DNA of 64,000 nucleotides from Candidatus Poribacteria bacterium (GTDB taxonomy: Bacteria; Poribacteria; WGA-4E; WGA-3G): assembly GCA_963663765.2 (NCBI GenBank), contig CAXXUA010000007.1, forward strand, positions 1 through 64,000, in the 5' to 3' direction. The translations under genes were made by a program, and so were the position numbers. This document shows positions 51,761-61,622 of this stretch, in pieces. How positions within the stretch are numbered: position 1 is the first letter of the stretch; every line of letters begins with the position of its first letter. A model generated the notes under the pieces. That model had not been told where the DNA came from and did no database searches. It saw only the letters and a program-made list of their open reading frames with translations.

Positions 51761-54700
51761 CGTTTTCAACTCCCCTTTGGACAGTAAAGCGGTCAAGGAT
51801 ACAATATAGAACAGGAATAATCGTAAGCGTGCAGATCGTCTGTATGACGATAGCCCCGATTTCAACGCCAGCTAATGTTGCCCGCATAATCGCGGTACCT
51901 TGGTCTCCGAGCGTCTGCGGAAATATACTAATAACGATGGTCAAGTTTGTCATGATAATCGTTCGCAATTTGAGTGGTCCCGCTTTGATGAGTGCCTCTT
52001 TGATGGGAAGTCCTTCTTCCCGGTATATGCGGGTCTGTGTGAGTATCAAGATAGCGTCATTGACAACAATTCCGATCAGCATGATTAGTGCCAAGAGTGA
52101 AAAGATATTGATAGTCAATCCAAAAAGCGACATAGACAACACAGCACCCACGAAACCAAGCGGCAGTGTGAGCATAATCGTGAATGGATGTGTGTAAGAC
52201 CCTAAAAGTGCTGCGAGTAGCATATATGTTAGGATAATTGCTTGCACAATTGCCACACCGATGGCTTGAAAAGACTCAGCCTGTTCTTCCGCATCGCCAC
52301 CCATGCGTATCTGGTAGCCGGGCGGTAAATCTATCTGTGCTACCTTCTCCTCGATCTGTTTTGTCGCTGCGCCGAGTGCACCTTGTATCAGATTTGCTTC
52401 AATGACAAACAACTTCAGCTTGTTCTTACGTGCGATCTGCGTTTCACCTAACCGTTCAACGACGGTGCCGAGTGTCGATAACGGCACTAATCCTTTTTGT
52501 GTGCGTATCAGTACCTGATCAACTTTTTCAGCGATATTCATATCCGTTTTGTTCAGTTGCACCCGAATATCGTAAGCGTCATCATCTTCCGTATAGGTAG
52601 ACGCTACCGATCCCGTGATACTGTAGTTAAGCACTTGTCCGATCTCCGCGACGGTGATACCGTAATCTTTGAGCCGATTTCTGTTTGGTATGAACGTGAT
52701 TTCTGGTTTCCCTGTGCGGACAGTGGATTTCGTCTCAATCAACTGCGGCATTTCATCAACGATACGTTTGACCTGTTGTGTTATCTCTATCAGTTTATCC
52801 TTTTCAATGCCTAACACTTCAATTTTGATGTCCGCACCACTGGGCAGACCGCCAGTGCCAGGTAGCATCTGTTGCAGAGTCACGCTGGGGAACTTACCCT
52901 CTAAAACAGTGCGCAGTTCGTTGTTCACCTCAATAATATGTTTTTCATGTCCTTTCGGCAACACGACTAACAACTCAGCATATTCAACACCTTCCTTACC
53001 TCTGCCACTTTTACCGATCTTGGTGAACACATCTTTGACTTCAGGCTCGTTCTTGAGGACGGCTTCTATCTCTGTAGTCATTTCATCTGTCTCGGCTAAT
53101 GTTGTGCTGGGTGGCAATTCTACATTGATAATGAGGAAGTCACCGTTAGATTTCGGCATAAATTCACTACCCAACGATCTTCCTAAATAGCCAGCTCCAC
53201 CAATCAAAACAATCGCAATTGCTACGTTTGCCCATAAGTGATTCAATGACCATGTGAGTATCTTTGCATATCCGCTTTCTAAACGTGCCATACCGCTGTC
53301 CCACAGTCTGAAAAAGACGTTAGGCATTCGTTCCTCTGATTTCGGTTTCAAAAGATATGCAGCCAACATTGGTGTCAGTGTGAACGACATCCAGAGTGAA
53401 AAGAACGTCGCAAACACAACGGTCAGTCCAAACTCAACGAAAAATGCACCCGCGATACCGGACATAAAGGCAATAGGTATAAACACGAAAATGTTTGTCA
53501 TGGTTGAGCCGATCACAGAGATAGTCACCTCTCTTGTGCCTTCCGCTGCTGCTGTTTTAGCAGGTACCCCAGCGTCAAGGTGTCGGGTAACGTTTTCCAA
53601 GATAACAATCGCGTTAACAACAAGTGTGCCGATAGAGAGTCCGAGTCCAAGCATAGACATAATGTTAAGTGTAAAGCCGAACATACTCATCAGGAAAAAT
53701 GAGGAAACGATACACGCTGGCATTACAACAGCAACAATAATCGTCATGCGGAGATTGTGTAAGAAAAGGTAAAGGATAATAGATGTCAAGATGATACCGA
53801 TAATGATGTTCGTTTGTACATCGTTGACAGAGTCTAAGATACTAACAGATTCATCTTTGATCACTTCAATCTCAACATCGGCTGGTAGCTGCGTCTTGAG
53901 TGCTGCAATGGTCGCCCGCACATCATCTGCGAGTTGGATAGGTTGTGCTTCGCTGAGTTTGATAATACTGAGCGAAATCCCTTCTGATCTACCATAGCGC
54001 GCGGTCATCCGCTTTTCAACGAACACATCATCAACCGAACCCAGCTCACTGAGTTTAACGGTGCCGCCAGCAGGCAGGAAAACATCTAAATACCGCAGTT
54101 CATTTAGACTATTGAATTCGCCTTCCATGCGAACGGTAAACTCATCTTTAGATTGTGTGATACGTCCTGCGGGCATTGACATATTCCCTGCGTTGATTGC
54201 GCGCGTTACATCCGTGATAGAGAGTCCATACCCTTTCAATCGTTCTTTGGAAAGGTTGACCTGTATCTCGCGTTTTTCGCCGCCTAAAACATCAACGTTG
54301 GCAACACCTTGCACACGCGACAACGCGTCTTTGACATTACCATCAGCATATTCATACAACTCCGGAAGTGGACGTTCACCTGTCAGCATGAGTTCCATAA
54401 GCGGAGAGGCTCCAAGGTCAAACTTTTCAACAACTGGTGAAATGATACCGTCAGGCAATCTACCGAGAATAGTATCTACTTTGTCTTTCACATCAATATG
54501 TGCGAAGTTGACATCGGTGCCGGAGACAAACCATATAGTAACAATAGAGACACTCTCAAGTGAGTAAGATTCGAGGTTCTTGATACCGCTAATCGTAGCA
54601 ACAACATCTTCTATCTCTTTGGTAATTTGACTTTCAACTTCTTTCGGACCCGCCCCCGGCCATACTGTCCTGACGTTGACGACAGGAATATCAACTTTCG

Positions 54701-54812
54701 GGAACAAGTCCATCGTCAACGTAGCAAACGCGACAATCCCTAAAAAGATAAACACCAAATTAAGCATCACTGCCAGGACCGGACGTTCAATACAGATTCT
54801 TGCTAAATTCAT
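51750..54812 (-). CDS. RND efflux permease (AcrB/AcrD/AcrF family)
   Basis: ERPVLAVM, DLFPKVDIP, GAGPKEVE, SFTLTPML, LTIIPVLY. Confidence 0.92.
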   Translation of the reverse strand: MNLARICIERPVLAVMLNLVFIFLGIVAFATLTMDLFPKVDIPVVNVRTVWPGAGPKEVESQITKEIEDVVATISGIKNLESYSLESVSIVTIWFVSGTDVNFAHIDVKDKVDTILGRLPDGIISPVVEKFDLGASPLMELMLTGERPLPELYEYADGNVKDALSRVQGVANVDVLGGEKREIQVNLSKERLKGYGLSITDVTRAINAGNMSMPAGRITQSKDEFTVRMEGEFNSLNELRYLDVFLPAGGTVKLSELGSVDDVFVEKRMTARYGRSEGISLSIIKLSEAQPIQLADDVRATIAALKTQLPADVEIEVIKDESVSILDSVNDVQTNIIIGIILTSIILYLFLHNLRMTIIVAVVMPACIVSSFFLMSMFGFTLNIMSMLGLGLSIGTLVVNAIVILENVTRHLDAGVPAKTAAAEGTREVTISVIGSTMTNIFVFIPIAFMSGIAGAFFVEFGLTVVFATFFSLWMSFTLTPMLAAYLLKPKSEERMPNVFFRLWDSGMARLESGYAKILTWSLNHLWANVAIAIVLIGGAGYLGRSLGSEFMPKSNGDFLIINVELPPSTTLAETDEMTTEIEAVLKNEPEVKDVFTKIGKSGRGKEGVEYAELLVVLPKGHEKHIIEVNNELRTVLEGKFPSVTLQQMLPGTGGLPSGADIKIEVLGIEKDKLIEITQQVKRIVDEMPQLIETKSTVRTGKPEITFIPNRNRLKDYGITVAEIGQVLNYSITGSVASTYTEDDDAYDIRVQLNKTDMNIAEKVDQVLIRTQKGLVPLSTLGTVVERLGETQIARKNKLKLFVIEANLIQGALGAATKQIEEKVAQIDLPPGYQIRMGGDAEEQAESFQAIGVAIVQAIILTYMLLAALLGSYTHPFTIMLTLPLGFVGAVLSMSLFGLTINIFSLLALIMLIGIVVNDAILILTQTRIYREEGLPIKEALIKAGPLKLRTIIMTNLTIVISIFPQTLGDQGTAIMRATLAGVEIGAIVIQTICTLTIIPVLYCILDRFTVQRGVENDAG

Positions 54813-54835
54813 AAAATACAAATTCCTTCTATTTT

Positions 54836-54900
54836 GTTTGACAGGTTATTTCCACAACCGACACTTTCATACCATCTGCCAACTGCCGGTAGCCATTGAT
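54836..54900 (-). pseudogene. 3' remnant of a second MFP gene
   Basis: Reads INGYRQLADGMKVSVV versus VNGHRQLKDGMDVLVVK at the end of the intact MFP. Confidence 0.65.
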
Positions 54901-54916
54901 TCCTATCTTCTTCAGC

Positions 54917-55150
54917 TTATTTTCGTATCAACATCTTCCGTGTAACACTGAATCACATGCGGTGAGTGTATAAAAATACACGCCGCTTGCCACAGGTTTC
55001 ACCCAGAGCATTTTTGCCATCCCAATACGCAGCACGACCACGACTTTGATAGATACCGACTGACTGATGTGCCAAGTTCAACGTCCTAACCATTTTGCTA
55101 TCTGCATCATAGATCGTCACCGTTACATCTGCAGGGACTGCTAACTGATT
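54917..55150 (-). pseudogene. Frameshifted fragment of the secreted-protein C-terminal domain
   Basis: QLAVPADVTVTIYD...AAYWDGKNALGE / VASGVYFYTL / TRKMLIRK; homologous to the end of the gene at 61623. Confidence 0.8.
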
Positions 55151-55189
55151 TTGTAGTGCGAGGTATCTGTACATACCAATGTTGACAGG

Positions 55190-56779
55190 TTATTTCACAA
55201 CCAATACATCCATACCATCTTTTAACTGCCGGTGCCCGTTGACAACGACACGGCTGGACTCGGTTACACCTTCAAGAATAGAAATACTATCGCCCCAAAC
55301 AAGTCCCACTTTCACGTTCTGTTTTTGTGCTTGGTTTCCGTCTGCCACAACGAAAACATGCCCCGCATCATCTTGAATGTTTAAAACGGCTTCACGGGGA
55401 AGCAGTAACGACTCTTCAAGTGCTGAATTGTCTATATTGACTTCCACAAACATACCCGGCTTGAGTTGATACTTCGGATTAGGTATTTTTCCCTTGACGG
55501 TTACCGTGCGATCTGCGGGGTTGACAATCGGGCTGATGTAATTGATTTGTCCCTGGATAATGTCTTTTCCTGCGGTAATGTTTACTGGCGCGCCAACGCT
55601 GATGTTCGTGATCTCTGTTTCAGAGACAGTGAACACCGCATGGACAATATCCATATTGACAATCATAAGTATCGGGTTACCTGCGCGACTGCCCGCAGCT
55701 GCAGCATAATCCCCTGTATCCGCGGTCTTGTTCACCACGATACCAGCTACAGGTGCCGTTATTGTTGCGTCTGACAACCGCTTTTTCGCAAGGTTCACCT
55801 GTTCGGTCGCTTGGTCATATTGTGACTGTGCAGCGGCGATGTCATGTTCCCACACCTGTATCTCAACGAGTATATCCGCTGAACGCAGATTCGCTCGTGC
55901 CTGCTTGACTTGTGACTGCGCTAGTGCAATTTGTTTCTCCCAATCTTTCGTATCCACTGTCCGCTTCGCGAGTCTTTGAGCTGCTTGTGCTTGTTGCAGT
56001 TGGGCTTCGGCTGCGTTTATATCTTCTTCACGCGTGCCTTCTTCTACCAAGCTGAGCTTTTCAACGGCACTTTCATGTTGTGCTTTGGCACCGTCCCGTT
56101 GGGTTTTCGCGTTATCTAAGTCTTGGTCGGTTATCGCCTCTATCTCATAGAGTTTTTGCAACCGCTTGACGTTTACCTCTGCGTTATCCAATGATGCTTT
56201 GGCACCAGAAACCGCCGCTTTTGCCTGTTCCACTTCCTGACTTCTGGCACCTGACTTCGCCTTTTTCAGACTCGCTTCCGCAGCAGCAACACCCGCTTTG
56301 GCTTGTTCAAACTGCGCGTAAACTTGTGCCTGTGCCAACGCCTCTGCTTGATTCAACTTCGCATTCGCTGCATCAAGCGAGGCTTCTGCGTTTATAGATT
56401 GCGTTTCAACTTTTATCTGTGCAGTTGCTTTCACCTTCAAGAGATTGGATTCCGCTGCTTTTTGTGAGGCTTGTGCTTGTGTCAACGCTAGTTGTAGTTC
56501 GTGTGATTCCGTAAGCGCAAGCACATCTCCTTTTCTGACAGGTTGCCCCTCATTAACCTTAAACGCCACTAATTTGCCTGAAGTGTTCGCGTAAATCTCT
56601 ACCATCGCATCCGCTTCAAGGGTGCCGGTATAAGTGGTTTTCTGTTCTATCTTGCCACGGTGTGGCGTGGCAACTGTAACAGGTTTCGGCTTCGACGCTT
56701 CTTGTGCTTGTGTGTAAAACAGCGCACCGAACCCGAAACATAAAAGTAAAAGAATGTATGAAAATCTATTTCGTAGCAT
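55190..56779 (-). CDS. RND membrane fusion protein with long coiled coil
   Basis: EGQPVRKGDVLA, TITAPVAGIV, LKPGMF, LLPREAV. Confidence 0.92.
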   Translation of the reverse strand: MLRNRFSYILLLLCFGFGALFYTQAQEASKPKPVTVATPHRGKIEQKTTYTGTLEADAMVEIYANTSGKLVAFKVNEGQPVRKGDVLALTESHELQLALTQAQASQKAAESNLLKVKATAQIKVETQSINAEASLDAANAKLNQAEALAQAQVYAQFEQAKAGVAAAEASLKKAKSGARSQEVEQAKAAVSGAKASLDNAEVNVKRLQKLYEIEAITDQDLDNAKTQRDGAKAQHESAVEKLSLVEEGTREEDINAAEAQLQQAQAAQRLAKRTVDTKDWEKQIALAQSQVKQARANLRSADILVEIQVWEHDIAAAQSQYDQATEQVNLAKKRLSDATITAPVAGIVVNKTADTGDYAAAAGSRAGNPILMIVNMDIVHAVFTVSETEITNISVGAPVNITAGKDIIQGQINYISPIVNPADRTVTVKGKIPNPKYQLKPGMFVEVNIDNSALEESLLLPREAVLNIQDDAGHVFVVADGNQAQKQNVKVGLVWGDSISILEGVTESSRVVVNGHRQLKDGMDVLVVK

Positions 56780-56798
56780 CTGTTATCTCCTTTATCCC

Positions 56799-58160
56799 TT
56801 ATTCAAGTCTAAGGGCGATCGCACGTCTATACCGTGCAGTCGCGACCATGTAATCATGTATCGCTTGTAACCGATTCACTTGGGTTTGGGTATAGGACAG
56901 CTCAACGTCTGTCAACTCAACACCCGTAATCATGCCCGCTTCATGTTTTACATTGGCAATTCGTAAGCCTTCTGCGGCTTGCTCAACAATTCCCTCTTGT
57001 GCTGCAATCAATTCCGCAGCAGCTGCCAGATCAAAGGCAGCGGATTTTGTCTCAAGTTTGATACTGTCAATAAGCCGGTCTTTATTTGTTTGAACCTGAT
57101 CTAACTTCACACGCGCTTGCTTCACACGCGAACGTGTCGCTAATCCGTCAAATATCGGAAACGAAATCGACATGCCAACACTCCAAGATGTATCAAGCGA
57201 TTGTCTCTCATTGTCATTGAACACATAGCTGCCATAAGATGACACTTTCGGCTTATCCCCGGCTTTTGCCACCTTTACCTGTGCCTCGCTAATCCGTTCC
57301 TGTAGGTTTAGCTGCTGGATTTCAGGACGGTGCACAACAGCTCTTGTGATCGCAGCGTCAAGCTCTACATCTTTAATTTCAGCCTGTAGGCTACCCGAAA
57401 GCGAGATCGGCTGCTCAGGTGAAAGCCCCAGTGTCAATTTGAAGTTTTCAACCGCAAGTTTGTGCTGATTACGCGCTTGAATCAATTGTGAACGGCTATT
57501 GACAACTTGCACATTGGCACGGATCACTTCCAACCGTGTCGTTGCCCCCATCGCTTTTTGTTGCGCTGCGAGTTTATGCCGTTTTTCTACTTGTGCGAGC
57601 GACTGTTCCGATACCTTAACAAAGGCTTCTGCCAACAGCACACCGTAAAACGCCTGCTGCACCTTCAACTCCGTATCGAGATGAACGGCTATCAACTTGC
57701 GTTCTGTTACAAGCTTGCCTAGTACCGCCTGCTTATACGTGTTGCTCAGCTGCCCCCACGTAAAAATCTGCTGTGACACACGGGCTTGACCCAGAATATT
57801 ATGCACAGCCCCCATCTGAAATTCTATCGTTTCCATGTCCGTACCACTACCACTTGATGAAGCGTCCGGTGTGCCGCTCAGCACGGATAACAATTCACTA
57901 TCTAACACAATCGTCGGTAAATCACCGTTGAATGTATAACTTGTATCTAACGACAAACGCGGTAAAAACGCAGCACGCGCCTCTTTGATTTTCGCATCTG
58001 CAAGTTCAACATCTTTTTTTGCCACTTGATACTCGTGACTATGACTCAATGCATGACGAATACCGTCTGCCAGTGTAAAAGTTTGTTCTGCTTCTTGTGC
58101 CAATACGATAATAGGGACAAGCAACAGAAATACACAATATGCGAGTGTTCTTCTAAACAT
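56799..58160 (-). CDS. TolC-family outer membrane factor
   Basis: ARAAFLPRLSL, HRPEIQ, SFPIFDGL, EAGMITGVELTD; signal peptide. Confidence 0.92.
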   Translation of the reverse strand: MFRRTLAYCVFLLLVPIIVLAQEAEQTFTLADGIRHALSHSHEYQVAKKDVELADAKIKEARAAFLPRLSLDTSYTFNGDLPTIVLDSELLSVLSGTPDASSSGSGTDMETIEFQMGAVHNILGQARVSQQIFTWGQLSNTYKQAVLGKLVTERKLIAVHLDTELKVQQAFYGVLLAEAFVKVSEQSLAQVEKRHKLAAQQKAMGATTRLEVIRANVQVVNSRSQLIQARNQHKLAVENFKLTLGLSPEQPISLSGSLQAEIKDVELDAAITRAVVHRPEIQQLNLQERISEAQVKVAKAGDKPKVSSYGSYVFNDNERQSLDTSWSVGMSISFPIFDGLATRSRVKQARVKLDQVQTNKDRLIDSIKLETKSAAFDLAAAAELIAAQEGIVEQAAEGLRIANVKHEAGMITGVELTDVELSYTQTQVNRLQAIHDYMVATARYRRAIALRLE

Positions 58161-58295
58161 ATACACCTCCAAAATTGTTTATTTGTCAGATTTATAGTAA
58201 ACCTTGAAATTAATGAGACATTTTCTGATTGTAGTACATTCTGTTAGATTGCGTATCTCGTAGCACATCCTTCCATATTGTGTTTGTTCAATCAC

Positions 58296-58440
58296 TATGG
58301 TGAATCATAGAATTATATCTACACTTTCTATCAACGGTAGGCGAGGTTTCCCAACCGAACCGGTGTTTGTTCAGTCTCATGGATGTGGTTTGGAAACTGC
58401 ATCTACCGGGGAGTGTGCACGTATTTTACATTTCACCATA
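58296..58440. mobile_element. IS630-like MITE with REP pair
   Basis: TATGGTGAA ... TTCACCATA ends; cargo CGGTAGGCGAGGTTTCC ... GGAAACTGCATCTACCG. Confidence 0.6.
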
Positions 58441-58504
58441 TATGAATATGCCAAATAAGTGGGACGTGTCATGCAAAAGGTAAAAACCCACGTCCCATAA
58501 GTTT

Positions 58505-59216
58505 TTACATACGCTTAATTTTACCCCAAGTAGTTGTAAGTTTTTCTAAATGAGTAACCGACGTAACGTTTACCCTCAAAATTTCAATCTCTCTTACACT
58601 TAAACTTCTATTATACAAACGAAATTCATCAACTAATCCCAACCAAGAACCATTTGTATCTTTAGCACCTTTACCAACTATGAGTTTTACAACATCAGAC
58701 ACTTCGCCTTCAGTCGCATCACTATTATGCGTAGGGGTGTCATCAAATATACCATTGATATGCAAAGACAGTTTTTGACCGCTTTCCCAAGAATATGCGA
58801 TGTGTTGCCATTCCGTTGTTTGCACATCGCTTTTACTTTCATAGGTTTGCGTGCCACCTATAGTTATCAGGGTCGCTTGATGACATCTACTCCACCCTTC
58901 ACATCCCAACTGGATTTGTCATAGCGTAAACCGAAAACCTCGTCTTTACCTTAAGGATCAATCCCCATCAGGAGACCTCTGTCGTGATTCGTTTCAGTTG
59001 ACTTTACCCACACAGAGACAGTGAAAGCAGTAAGACCATTGATATAATTGCCACCGTTTTCATCAACAACACAACCATCGTTACCGTCCAGACTGATAGC
59101 ACCGTCATGCCTGCCTTTTGTAGACAATCATTCAGCACCGCCTATCAGTTCAGCGTTGTGGACGTTGCCACTATCATCAGACACAGCGTTACCCTTCGTT
59201 TCGTCAAACGGATATT
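58505..59216 (-). pseudogene. LamG-like jellyroll secreted protein pseudogene
   Basis: YPFDETKG...DDSGN, FTVSVWVK, EWQHIA, VDEFRLYNRSLS, KLTTTWGKIK; two stops and a frameshift; 5' end abuts a REP element. Confidence 0.8.
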
Positions 59217-59300
59217 GTAGGTCGGGTAGAGCGTGCGAAACCCCACACGCATCTACTTATCATCAGTAAAGTCGGGTTTCGTGCATCTACCCGATCTACA
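59216..59300. repeat. REPIN-like inverted pair
   Basis: TGTAGGTCGGGTAGA...GAAACCC / GGGTTTC...TCTACCCGATCTACA. Confidence 0.7.
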
Positions 59301-59332
59301 ATATATGAGTAGATAGACCAGTAGGTTACTTC

Positions 59333-59465
59333 TTACTTCAAACTAACCATTTTACGCAGGAAAGACACACTGTCTGCCTGCAGCTGATAAAAATAGATAC
59401 CGTTTGCCACGCGTTCACCGAGATTGTTCCGACCATCCCAATGCGCAGCACGACTACGCTGATGA
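59333..59465 (-). pseudogene. Orphan copy of the C-terminal-domain 3' end
   Basis: About 6 mismatches over roughly 115 bp versus 61627-61741 (AAHWDGRNNLGERVANGIYF...RKMV). Confidence 0.85.
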
Positions 59466-59730
59466 CGCATCTCTATAAGTACTGTTAGGAAACCGCACCT
59501 ACCGTCTAAAAATAAGATAAATCCCGTTAATACTGTTTTGCATAATAGATTCCAAGGCTTACGGGAGTGAAAGTTTTCTGAACCCATTCAATATCAATTA
59601 ATTCATCAAGTACTGAAGCCTCATTTTCAGTGGCACTATGCAGACAAAGCATTTTCCCATCCGGTGCCAAAGCCGTGAGGCTATACGATTTATAATCGTC
59701 CAACTCCTCCTCAAACTGACGATCACGGAC

Positions 59731-61599
59731 TTACCTTTCTGCGGGTGTGATTTCCCACAGCAGCACGGTGCCATCATCACTCGCACTTGCGATTGTGGTG
59801 CCATCCGGACTAAAAGATACGTTATAGACCCTACGTGTATGGCCTGATAATGTTCTTATGTGTGTGCCTATGTCTACGTTCCACAAACGGATGGTTGTGT
59901 CCCAACTTCCACTTGCGATTGTGGTGCCATCCGGACTAAAAGATACGCTATAGACCACACCCCTATGTCCTGATAATGTTCTTATGTGTGTGCCTGTGTC
60001 TACGTTCCACAAACGGATGGTCTCGTCCCAACTCCCACTTGCGATTGTGGTGCCATCCGGACTAAAAGATACGCTCTTGACATCTCTCGTATGCCCTGAG
60101 AGTGTTCTTATGTGTGTGCCTGTGTCTGCCTCCCACAAACGGATGGTGTTGTCCCTACTCCCACTTGCGATTGTGGTGCCATCCGGACTAAAAGATACGC
60201 TCTCGACATCTTCCGTATGCCCTAATAGCGTTCTTATGTGCGTGCCTGTGTCTGCCTCCCACAAACGGATGGTGTTGTCCCTACTCCCACTTGCGATTGT
60301 GGTGCCATCCGGACTGAACGACACGCTCCAGACCCAATACGTATGCCCTAATAGCGTTCTTATGTGCGTGCCTGTGTCTGCCTCCCACAAACGGATGGCG
60401 TAGTCCCTACTCCCACTTGCGATTGTGGTGCCATCCGGACTAAAAGATACGCTCTCGACATCTTCCGTATGCCCAGATAGTGTTCGTATGTGCGTGCCGG
60501 TGTCTGCCTGCCACAAACGGATGGTATTGTGCACACTCGCACTTGCGATTGTGTTTCCATCCGGACTAAAAGATACGCTCTCGACATCATCCGTATGGCC
60601 AGATAGTGTTCGTATGTGTGTGCCGGTGTCGGCCTGCCACAAACGGATCTCTTGCCTACTCGCACTTGCGATTGTGTTTCCATCCGGACTAAAAGATACG
60701 CTATAGACCCTACGCGTATGCCCTGAGAGTGTTCTTAAGTGTGTGCCGGTGTCTGCCTGCCACAAACGGATGGTGGTGTCCCAACTTGCACTTGCGATTG
60801 TGTTTCCATCCGGACTAAAAGATACGCTATAGACCACACCCGTATGCCCAGATAATGTTCTTATGTGTGTGCCTGATTCTACGTTCCACAAACGGATGGT
60901 TCTGTCAAAACTTGCACTTGCGATTGTGTTTCCATCCGGACTAAAAGATACGCTCTCGACCCAATCCATATGCCCAGATAGTGTTCTTATGTGTGTGCCG
61001 GTGTCTGCCTGCCACAAACGGATGGTGGTGTCATAACTCGCACTTGCGATTATGGTGCCATCCGGACTAAAAGATATGCAATTGACCAAATCCGTATGCC
61101 CAGATAGTGTTCGTAGGTGTGTGCCGGTGTCTACGTTCCACAAACGAATCTCTTGTCCACTCCTACTTGCGATTGTGTTTCCATCCGGACTAAAAGATAC
61201 GCTATAGACATCCCCCGTATGCCCAGATAGTGTTCGTAGGTGGTTTCTTGTGTCTGCGTTCCACAAACGGATGATTCTGTCCGGCGATCCACTTCCACTT
61301 GCGATTGTGGTGCCATCCGGACTAAAGGATACGCTCTCAACATCACCCGTATGCCCTGAGAGGAGGTCAAGTTCTTCACCTGTCTGTGCATCGTAGATCC
61401 AAACACCGATACTACCTGCTACTGCCAGCTTGCTGCCATCGTGAGAATAGGCAACATTCCCAGTAATCTGTCCTTTCCCGAGACGTACTTTTGCGTCTTC
61501 GGGTAGATGCCATTGCGATGAGTCTTGGGCATAGGTGTTGGTGGTAAAGGTTAGTGTTATGAATAGTGTTATCAAGATTGAATACAATATGTTTTCCAT
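59731..61599 (-). CDS. Secreted WD40 protein with 13 near-identical repeats
   Basis: Signal peptide, LPEDAKVRLGKG, 13 x SFSPDG units of about 126 bp. Confidence 0.95.
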   Translation of the reverse strand: MENILYSILITLFITLTFTTNTYAQDSSQWHLPEDAKVRLGKGQITGNVAYSHDGSKLAVAGSIGVWIYDAQTGEELDLLSGHTGDVESVSFSPDGTTIASGSGSPDRIIRLWNADTRNHLRTLSGHTGDVYSVSFSPDGNTIASRSGQEIRLWNVDTGTHLRTLSGHTDLVNCISFSPDGTIIASASYDTTIRLWQADTGTHIRTLSGHMDWVESVSFSPDGNTIASASFDRTIRLWNVESGTHIRTLSGHTGVVYSVSFSPDGNTIASASWDTTIRLWQADTGTHLRTLSGHTRRVYSVSFSPDGNTIASASRQEIRLWQADTGTHIRTLSGHTDDVESVSFSPDGNTIASASVHNTIRLWQADTGTHIRTLSGHTEDVESVSFSPDGTTIASGSRDYAIRLWEADTGTHIRTLLGHTYWVWSVSFSPDGTTIASGSRDNTIRLWEADTGTHIRTLLGHTEDVESVSFSPDGTTIASGSRDNTIRLWEADTGTHIRTLSGHTRDVKSVSFSPDGTTIASGSWDETIRLWNVDTGTHIRTLSGHRGVVYSVSFSPDGTTIASGSWDTTIRLWNVDIGTHIRTLSGHTRRVYNVSFSPDGTTIASASDDGTVLLWEITPAER

Positions 61600-61622
61600 T
61601 ATTATTCTCCTTATGTTGACTG

